DNA of 64,000 bases, taken from the NCBI GenBank assembly GCA_964016885.1, contig OZ024764.1, positions 23,746,001-23,810,000 on the forward strand, given 5' to 3'. The DNA comes from Eledone cirrhosa (taxonomy: Eukaryota). The translations under genes were made by a program, and so were the position numbers. Positions 53,893-64,000 of the stretch are shown here, piece by piece; the first letter of the stretch is position 1, and each line of letters begins with the position of its first letter. The notes under the pieces were generated by a model. The model did not search any database. It worked only from the letters and a program-made list of their open reading frames with translations, and was not told where the DNA came from.

Positions 53893-55418
53893 TACACCTA
53901 GTATCTAGTCTATGTTGAGTGGTACGTCCTTCTCCAGTAAAGGAGTTAATATTCCCAACCATCTGTCTATCCTGTTTTCTGATGAGAATGAAGTCATTCT
54001 AGTTTATCTCTTCACCTGATTGAAGTAACTAGATCAAGTAACTAGATGTTTTCCTGTAAGTTAGTGTTGCAGTGTTTGTGTCACCATGTAAGGTTTATAT
54101 CTATTAATATAGAGATGTAGTAAAGTTTTCACTGTTGTATCTCTACTTTCTAAATATCTTAATAATGTTTCTCTACTATTTCAGAATATCACATGACCTT
54201 GACAGAAAAGAGTCTTTTAAAGACAACAGAAAGATGTTACATACAAGTGATATAAATTTGTTTAGTCTGTGGTGAATTATGGTGAAATATTTCTTCTGAA
54301 TTGAGATAAATAACAACATATTCCTTTTTCACTGTCTGGAATATTTACAAGATGATTTTACATTCTGATTAAACTTTGGATATTTACAAAGGAGTTTTCA
54401 AAATATTTGGATATTGACAAAGATCACATTTGGTAAAATTATGAACAATAGAAATATTTACATCAACATAGGAATATTTTCCAGTAAAGATGGGAAAATC
54501 ATTATACCACTGTAATATTTGTGGTAAAGTATTCTCTCTTCTTTATATGTAGAACATCTAACTAAACACTTTAACTAACAAACTATTGTGCTATAGAATT
54601 GACAAACTTGAAGAATGTTTAATAAATGTTACAGATTTCTCCAAACTGTCGTTTACTAACTTTAATTTGAAACTATATTATCTATACACTACTAAAACTC
54701 TGTGATTGTGTCTTGTCTGTAATTTAATACAGCTAAAACAGTGCATAATGGGGAAATACTTTGAAAAGAATAAAACAAGTTTTGTATAAAATGGAGCACA
54801 GGTTCCCAAGATACGGGGTTTTCTGGGTACCTTGATAAATATAGGGAGAGAAAGAGATAGTGGTTGTGAGAGTGTGGATTGAAAAGGAGATGGATGGAAA
54901 GGGGAAGAGAGAGAGAGAGAGCTGGTGGTGATGTTTAATAAAATGCGTGTGTATATATGTGTCTATATATATATATGTCTATATTTTAACTATTTGAAAA
55001 TTAAGTGAACATGATTTAAAAAAAATAGTTTTAAGGGAACGTGACCCAACAGGTCCCGGGTGGTCTAGTTTGTTACTAAATACTAGATATTAGAGGGTCA
55101 TGTTGTTCTAGATGTGCTGGAAGAGCCATTCCATCTCGTGAGGTTCACACCAGCAGCGAGCCACCTCAGCACCTATGGTGGTATATTTATTATATTAATT
55201 ATTCTTTATCATTAACATTAATATAAAAGATAGTTATATATTTTTAGAGAAGAACCTTTTTGTTGTGACACCTACAGAACCACTTTACAGTGTAGACTGG
55301 GTACTTTTTGTTGTGACACCTACATGACCACTTTACAGTTTGCACTGGGTGCTTTTTGCTGTGACACCTACATGACCACTTTAAAGTTTTGGCTGGGTTC
55401 TTTTTGTTGTCACCTACA

Positions 55419-57140
55419 ATGCAGTTCGGGTTTGTGTCAGGCAAAAGTACCACAGACGCTCTTTTCATAGTACGACAACTACAGGAGAAGTACCTAGCTA
55501 AAGGTAAACCCCTCTACTTAGCTTTTGTCGACTTGGAGAAAGCCTTCGACAGAGTCCCCCGCTCCATTATCTGGTGGGCTCTTAGAAAACTAGGCGTTGA
55601 CGAATGGCTTGTGAGGGCTATACAAGCCATGTATAAAGAAACAGTCAGCAAGGTTAGAATTAACAACGAATATAGTGAAGAGTTTAGCGTAAAAGTTGGC
55701 GTCCATCAGGGCTCTGTTCTCATCCCCCTACTATTTATTATTGCCCTTCAGGCTATAACAGAGGAGTTCAAGACAGGCTGCCCATGGGAACTCCTATACG
55801 CAGACGACCTGACACTCATAGCGGAATCAATGGCCGAGCTAGAGAAGAAATTCCAAACATGGAAGCACGGCCTAGAGTCAAAAGGACTTAAAATTAACCT
55901 GGCTAAGACCAAAGTTCTAGTTTGTAGGAAAGAAAACAAGGCGGCGGTCCCTTCTGGGAAATGGTCGTGCTCGGTGTGTAGGAAAGGTGTAGGTAGAAAC
56001 TCCATTTTATGTCTTAAATGCAAAGTATGGGTACATAAAAGATGTAGTGGGATCACAGGTAAGCTAACTAAGAACATAGATTTTACATGTGGCCGGTGTT
56101 CTGGTGCAATAAGTAGCAGCAAGTGCCCACAAAATACTAGCTCTTTCAATTGCGCAGAGGGTTCTATAGAAATAGTGGACAGCTTCCGTTACCTGGGCGA
56201 TAAAATCAGCAGTGGGGGAGGGTGCTCTGAAAGTACTGTAGCTACAGTCAGAACTGGTTGGAAAAAGTTCAGAGAGCTTATACCACTATTAGCTGCTAAA
56301 GGGTTCTCCCTAAAAATGAAAGGCAGGTTGTACGATGCCTGCATACGAACATCAATGCTGCATGGCAGTGAGACCTGGGCATTGTGTGCAGAGGATATAC
56401 GCAGACTAGAGAGGAACGAAGCTTGCATGCTCCGCTGGATGTGTAACAGTAATATACGTGAACGGCAAAGCATAAACGAACTAAGGAAAAAATTAGAGAT
56501 AAGAGGGATCAGATGTTGTTTACTTGAGAGAAGGCTACGTTGGTATGGACACGTGATGCGCATGAAAGTCGATAGCTGTATAACAAAGTGCAGGGCAAAA
56601 AAGATAGACGGTAGTCACGGAATAGGCAGACCTAGAAAAACCTGGGACGAGCTGATAAACTCCAACATCACACACTTACACCTCTCCAAGACAATGTCAC
56701 TGGACCGAGACCTTTGGCGGTACTCAGTAACAGAGAAGACCCGCCTTACCTAAATATATAGTAAAACCTACTCCAGCCAGTAGGCATCTCTAACAAAATA
56801 CACCCCGTCCCACCACCCCCACCCCATCCACACCACCCCGTTCTATGTAAAGTTATGTTGGTGCCGCGCCATCCATGCCGAAACAAATGAGATCGTGTAG
56901 GTGTCACGACAAAAAAAACACACAGTCCACGCTGTAATGTGGCCGTGTAGGCAACATGGTAAAAACCTCCCAGACCCACACTGTAAATGTGGTTGGTGTT
57001 AGGAAGGGCATCAAACTGTAGAAAACATGCCAGACAGTCCTATGCGAGCAAGACAATCACTCTTGCCTCAAGTGGGAATACCCCCGTCCAAACCCATGCA
57101 AGCGTGGAACACGGACGTTAAATGTTGATGTTGATGATGA
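55419..57140 (+). mobile_element. Young 5'-truncated RTE LINE; uninterrupted RT ORF 55419-56753, 3' UTR and (GAT)n tail
   Basis: MQFGF..LYADD..WYGHVMRM without stops; empty site cacctaca-tgaccac at 7862. Confidence 0.93.
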
Positions 57141-58037
57141 TGACCACCTTACAGTGTGGGCTGGGTACTTTTTGTCGTAACATCTACATGACCACCTTAT
57201 AATGTTGACTGTGTGTTCTTTACAGTGTGGGTTGGGTGCTTTTTGTCATATCTCCTATATGACCACCTCAAGATGGTCACATAACATCCATGAGCTTGGC
57301 TGGTCTCTCTGGGAGATCCAGCCAGATCAGTTGGAGTGGGTTGCTTCTGACAGGACCTGTTGAAGGGAGTGTTTGAGGACTCTGCCCCCAAGACCCTTTC
57401 TGGAATAAGTGGGTTAATAAGAAGAGGTTGAGGTTACATCATCAACATCAGATTTCCCTGCTAGCAAGGGTTTAATGAGTCTACTTCAACCAAGTAAGTA
57501 CTGAAGTGAGGCTACTGATCTCCCAGACAGACCAAGGATCTGAGACTTATTTACATAAGGTCTCATTTGCTACTGAGTGCACAGAAAAGGTTGTCATGTC
57601 TTTGTCATGATTGAAGGGTTCTCCGACACTATTGTCGGGCAAGCTTTCTATGGCTAGATGTCCTTCACATGACCAACCACATTACAGCCTGTGTTGGGTG
57701 TGTTTATCATGTAGGTGAGACATAACAAACTGAGGGTTCCCCAAGGACCACATAGGTCACATGTGTTGTCTGAGGGTTGCACACTACAACTAATTATGTA
57801 CACGACAACTTATTAGTCATTTAATAAAATATATTGCAGAAAGATTTGTTACTTAAATTTAGAAACATACAATGTACATACAAATGTTTTAGCAGCATTC
57901 ATGAATACAAAGTAATGAAGTAGTTTGACAAAAAAATAAAATTTCACATGTCAACATATACTTGCAGATTGTAACAGCAACAAATACATTGAACACAAAT
58001 AACAACAGTTGAAAACTGAACATTTATTTGCTACTAT

Positions 58038-59760
58038 TCAACCATTTTTAGTGTTGTGTCCTGAGGCTTGACACTTCTTTCTGTTGACAATTTTTGGTAT
58101 GTCTGGCTGAAATGTCTGTACAGTTTCAACTTTAATCAGAAATGCCAAGTGTTGATCTGTCAGCCTTGTTCTCTGAGAAGTTTTTGTTAAGCTAAGTACA
58201 GACTCAGTATTGGCAGTGATTTTCAGCTCTTTGCACATAAGAAAATCAATTAAATTTTCATCTGACAACGGAGATTTCCATAAGCTAAGTTTTCTAATGA
58301 AGAACTTGATGTCATCATACAACTGAGTGATGGGTTTGTTTTTACCTTGTAATTTCAAATTAACATCAGTTAATTGTGCAGTAATATCCACAAAAGAATC
58401 CAGATGTTGGAGCCAACTTTCATCTTTTATTTCACCTGTGTTTTGACCTTTCATCTCCAAAAACATAATTATTTCAACAAATAGAATCTTTTCAGCAGTT
58501 TGTGACATGTCAACCAGCAGACTTCTGTGTAGAATGGAACATCGGTGAACTGATTATCCATATCTTCCAACAACTGGCTGAACTGACGGTGGTTGAGAGC
58601 ATGGCCTCTGATTTAGTTCACTGTCTTTGTGACCAAGCTAAGCACATGATGCAATTTTAAAATCTTTGAACATAAATTTTGCTGATGAATAATACAGTGA
58701 AAATGTGCAAATGATGAATCTAGATATGAGTTTTCTATTTTTGTTTGTAACTTGGTAGCAACACCATTATGTCTACCAACCATATTTGCAGCACTGTCAG
58801 TAGATAAACATGCAAGTTTACTCAGATCAAAACCATGCAGACACTGTTTGACCTTCTCAAAGATGTCCTGGCTTGTTATAGTGTCATGCATGGGGACCAG
58901 TTCAATCAGTTCTTCATAAATATTAAATTCACTGTCACAGGCCCTGATGAAGAATGTAAGCTGTACTATTCCAGTGATGTCAACAGTCTCTTCAATAGCA
59001 ATAGAAACATGTTCAAACCTTGATGATACAGCCTTTAACTGTTGTTTCAGATCACCTGACATTTCATTAATCTGTTCAGCAACAGTGTTACTGGTTAATG
59101 AAATGTCTTTGAATAAGTCTGCTTTCTCTGGACAATTTCAGCTGTTTTTACAAGACATTGCTTTACAAAATCTCCTTCACTGTAAGATTTCCCACTCATG
59201 GCAATCATTTGACTGAGTTCATAGCTTGCAGTTACGGAAGTGACATTCTCTTCCTGAATTAACATAAAACAGGTCTGTTGCTGTGTCAAGTTAGACTTCA
59301 ATTCCTTCAGTCTTGAAACACACATTAGGCCTTCATATTTATCGTAAGATCGAGGGTTTGTTTCATAATGTCTTTTTAAATTGTACTCTTTTGGCGTGGC
59401 GATGTAGTTGTTGCAAATTAAACAGTGTATCTTTCTGTTCACCATTGGGCAAAAATACTGTAATTCCCACTTTTCTTGAAACACTTGCCCTTCTTCGTTC
59501 AATTTCCTTTTTCTCTTAGCTGGAGGAGCACTAACCATTTCAAAAACAAAAACTTTTGAAATTTTGAAAGAAAGTATTCTGTTAATGAGCTGCACGTGAT
59601 TAATGGGAGTTAAAAGTCGTTGACAAAAATTGCAAAAAAAAATAATTGTATCGAAAATGTTTTAAATTTTATATTACGAAAATGAAACATGCTCGCACTG
59701 TAAAAACCTTTGTGTGGGCCGCAGGTTTGCTTGCAAAGGGCCGCATGTTTGACATGTCTG
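58038..59760 (-). mobile_element. hAT (Charlie/Buster-like) relic, paralogous to 9258-10874
   Basis: Adds central SIAIEETVDITG..STDSAANMVG..HCIIHQQNLC; same terminus. Confidence 0.87.
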
Positions 59761-59849
59761 ATGTAGGTTACCAACACTAGGGAGGGCAGCATGTCCATCA
59801 GTGTCTTCTGCTACATTAACTACCAGGAGGTCACCACATGACACAAAGA

Positions 59850-60320
59850 CTACATTTCAAAGAAGGGTCATAAAAGAACTAAATACGAAAGTCCTCACAG
59901 CAACAAGCAAATAATTGAGCTTTGGGTCTAGGTCAAGGGGCAGAAGTGCTGCGCCCTGTGGATAAGACTGCAAAAGTATTCGCCCCGGACGATGGACAGT
60001 GACACCCACTGCAACAGCCACCCCAACCTCATGGGGCTCCCTCTTCAGAAGGGCCACCGACGTTCTGATCTTAGAGAGGAGCTTGGCAGTACGGGGTCTA
60101 AATACTTCTGAGGTCTCGATGGTAACCGGTGTGAAGAGACCTACAATTGATGTCATCCCAGTTATGTTGGACTGTAATATACTGGGGTATAGAGAGGCCT
60201 TAACCTGTCACAGCCGAGCCACCCAGGGTTGTGTCATCTAGGTACCAGACAGGGGTGACTAGACCATGTTGTCAACTGTCAGCACCAATAGGAGTGAGGC
60301 GAGTGGGTCCCCTTGCTAGA
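59850..60320 (-). mobile_element. CRE/R2-group-like relic (paralogous to 10950-11440)
   Basis: FTPVTIETSEV motif; sequence identity to the earlier copy. Confidence 0.5.
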
Positions 60321-61615
60321 TACCATATATAAAAACGTATTTGCTAATTACTTTAGTGAATAATTTGTTTCATACGTAATTATTACTTTTAACACAATAG
60401 GATTGTGTACACGTGTTTGTTTGAAAACATCTTTCAAAGAAGTATGAGACAGTCTTTTGCAGTCTTCTGGAGTTGCGACCGATAGATAGTATTAGCTATT
60501 GGAAAGACCAATGGAAACATTGTTTCCTCGGTCCGATTTGACTAAAAGTCGATCATTAAAAAAATATATATTTATATATATAGATATAGAGAGAGAGAGA
60601 AACACACAAACGTACACTACTGTAAAACATATGTAAGGGGAGACAACTCTCGTTACACCCCCCCCCCCCTTCTTTTTGATATACGTCCTTTAAGTACGTT
60701 GTTCAATGGTACCTGCTTTATTTTGTGTCCTAAGTAGATTTCTGTTTAAGTATTTACGAGATTCACAATGATTCACGTAACCAAGTTACTTACATAGAGA
60801 TATATTTCACATCGAATCACAACAAATGAAAATATTAAGTCAACACTCTGTCAATCAGTCTCACATCACATGGGGTGCCGGAGTCTCCCTCTAATACTTT
60901 CTGAGACAGTCTTACCTCGAGTGATAGCAAGGCTAAGATGTTGGAACTACCAAACACCCTCATATGTATCACCTGACACTTCGGTAAGGAGAGCTGCCAA
61001 CGATAACAAGAACCTCGTTGTCAGGGAACTATCTTCTCCAAACTTCTCCAACACCACAGACTAGAATATTCTACTCTTTATTCCCTATCAAATATATTTC
61101 AGTCTAGTCATTTGTCTTGTATCTTGTATATGTATTTTCAAAACTAACTGTCACATTTGTGAGACCCCAGTTAGTGATGTTTTTGTCTCCCTCCCACATC
61201 CTACATGTTGTAGTAAAAGTGAGGGCCACTGCTTCTGTAGACGAACGAAATAAAAGTTAAACTACCAGTAATTATCGGCAAAGTATTTATTCCAGTCTGT
61301 GATGTTTGAGAAGCTGGGCTGCTGACAACGAAGTTGTGGTCACTGTTGGCGGCTGGCTTTACCGAAGTACCCGATGACTCTTGTGAGGGTACTTAGCTGT
61401 TCTGGCGGTTTAGCCTCCATGACATGATTTTACTGAGATACCCGGTGATCTCTGTCAGGGTACTTAGCTGTTCTGGCGGTTTAGCCTCCATATGACCCGA
61501 TCTTACCGAGATACCCGGTGATCTCTGTCAGGGTACTTAGCTGTTCTGGCAACTTAGCCCCCATATGACCCGATTTACCGAAGTACCCGGTGATCTCTGT
61601 AAGAGTACTTAGCTG

Positions 61616-62265
61616 GGCATAGGTTAAGTTTTACGTCCTCGAAAATGAAACTAGGTTTTCTGACATGTGAATGTGTTTTTTTTTTTTTTACAATGAAATT
61701 TACGATACACTATTTGTTTATTTACAACAGGTCTCTATAGTGATATGGTGTTAATTAGTATTGCGTGTGTGATTATTTTCTCTTATATATATATGTGTGG
61801 GTGTGTATATGTGTGTATATATATGTGTGTCTGTATGTATATATATATATGTGTTTGTATATATATATGTGTTTGTGTCATCATCATCGTTTACATGTTT
61901 TTACCCAAATCCCTTATCATTCTCTGTCCTTCCTATGACCCGGCCTTAATTTGTTTATAGTTGGTGCCAACTTTGGCAAGATATTACAAAAACATCTAAA
62001 CGATGATGATGACACAAACACATATATATATACAAACACACATATATATATATATACATACAGACACACATATACACACCCACACATATATATATAAGAA
62101 ATAATAATCACACACGCAATACTAATTAACACCATATCACTATAGAGACCTGTTGTAAATAAACAAAGAGTGTATCGTAAATTTCATCGTAAAAAAAACA
62201 AAAAACACATTCACTTGTCAGAAAACCTAGTTTCATTTTAGAGGACGTAAAACTTAACCTATGCC
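61616..62265. mobile_element. 650-bp foldback/MITE with ~280-bp arms and 8-bp TSD (Merlin-like)
   Basis: GGCATAGGTTAAGTTTTACGTCCTC...GAGGACGTAAAACTTAACCTATGCC flanked by CTTAGCTG on both sides; empty site in units C and D. Confidence 0.88.
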
Positions 62266-62354
62266 CTTAGCTGTTCTATTTTAATTACATTTACTGATTT
62301 CAACTTTCATTTTTATATTACAAACTTTACATAATTTAATTCCGTAAAAATATT

Positions 62355-62487
62355 TTACGTCACAAAAAAATCATGAAGCATGCGCAGTGGTGCAGTTGTC
62401 GACTTCCTGTCCACGTGTTAGTCTTCCTACAACAACATTTAGACAACATTTCTGTAAATACTAAACACCTGAGACTATAATGTAAGT
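62355..62487 (+). promoter_or_regulatory. Putative promoter, exon 1 and donor of a fifth unit (E)
   Basis: Same motif cluster; donor at 62482; homology to other units stops at ~62942. Confidence 0.68.
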
Positions 62488-64000
62488 ATTATGTCTATTA
62501 ATATTGTAGATTTAAGCTCACTTTTCACATCACAAATATATATTTTCTTGTTTGTTTCATTACTGGAAATATAAAATGTTATCGTAATTATCTATATTTT
62601 ACCTACCTCTAATTAATTAAAGTGAAAACTTTTGTTGTTGCTGAAAAATAAATTAACAAAACTAAATATTTAAATATTCTAAAGGTCGTTTTTATATTAT
62701 GTGATGATATAATTAATATATTTTATTACAATTGTATAAATTTACAGTAGAATAACGTTGTAAATATGTTTTAAATATATACATAAATAACATAAGTGTG
62801 TAAATAACATTATAAATTGCTGGCAATTCCTTGAGAAAGACATTACAAATATATTGTCTAAACTGTGTATAATAATATAATTTATTGAACAATAATGATA
62901 AAGGAATGAAAAACACAGTGGGAGATGGCAATTCACCACCAAACGAGGTAAACATTTTTAACTTTCCCCTTTTTTTGCTTTGTCCGAGACAACTCAAAAT
63001 ATTCTTCAAGGAACTGGATTTTCCATTCGGTTGGATCGAACGGATTTTACCATTTATAATCTACGGAGAGGAATAACAGATGTTCGGAGGAAAAAAGAAT
63101 TGTTTGTGGCAACAACGTAGGGAACCAACCTGGAGCAATTGTATCACACAATTATACTTTCCTCCTTAACATACACTTACAAGTTTTCAAAATCAAACCC
63201 CCCAAATATAAAATATAAATAATTATAAATGGCGAGGAACCATCCCATCTCCCTCTTGAAATAACCTGAATCTATTTATAGTCAGGTGTGACTGAAAGGT
63301 CAATCCATACTTCCATTCTATTTCACAGAATTAGAAGCTTTGACCACTTGATAGAATTCAGGTCCAGTAATGTAATCACTCCGTAATTGTAAACATCTTG
63401 TATCACTATCATTCAGGTTTTTATTTTACTCAAGTCTTGCCCATGTTTTTTTTTTTTCTTTTTTTTTACACAAACTCACAATTTCGGTTTTTACTGCGGA
63501 TTTACCCATGCGAACTATTACACAAACTCACAGCCTTAGATTTTGTATTTCTAGCGTTTTTATTTTCCTTCTCTTTGCATGTTCAGTGCTCTTTCTCTCC
63601 CACTGTATTTATCTGCCTCTCACATGACCACACTCCTCTCCACGCACTCATCATCTTCTCACTCCTTCTACACATTCCAACGCTGGCCCTCTACTGCCGG
63701 CTGTTGCCAGCCCGCCACCTGATTGCGCCCTCTGTGCCCGCACTAACCAGTACTTGAAGACAATTAAATGTCACCTATGCCACGCAAGCCAAAGCTCAAG
63801 CCGAAAGGCTTCAACACTGGACCTGTCATCGGTGCCACTTCAGCTCTGACTATTCCGTGGGGATGACCAACACTCTACCGACGACTTTGCCACAGCCCCC
63901 CTGGGCTTCTCCAAATCAAAGCACCTTAGGAGCCCCGATCACAGACCTGGCCTTCGAGTCAACCATCCAATCGAAGATGGTTGGCCTTGAGCAGCTGCTG

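Noticed and set aside
55389-55418. N-terminal extension of the 454-aa RT ORF
   Set aside because: Derived from the flanking minisatellite; the element starts at 55419
61745-62135. Mirror-image ORFs MVLISIACVII on both strands
   Set aside because: Artefact of the palindrome arms and microsatellite

Overview
AT-rich animal DNA; the [20 protein letters not shown] finger consensus and the RTE/SINE repertoire suggest a coleoid cephalopod such as Octopus (inference). The window is a head-to-tail tandem array of a ~14-17 kb unit. Each unit has a compact motif-rich promoter, a short non-coding exon 1, a TE-filled intron, one coding exon made almost entirely of C2H2 fingers (no KRAB/SET/BTB effector), a conserved splice donor ~200 nt after the normal terminal stop, and a dead ZNF-derived terminal exon. 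Four genes are visible: ZNF-A (11 fingers, promoter deleted), ZNF-B (17), ZNF-C (14, premature stop) and ZNF-D (21). A fifth promoter (E) carries a 650-bp palindromic insertion and its unit breaks off at ~62.9 kb. The finger arrays vary like minisatellites. Units are mosaics of two spacer types and differ by copy-specific insertions (CR1, RTE with an internal PHD-like finger, Merlin fragment, Merlin-like foldback, Tx1 fragment) and by copy number at six VNTRs. All calls were made by eye; splice sites, promoter function and TE family names need RNA-seq and database confirmation.
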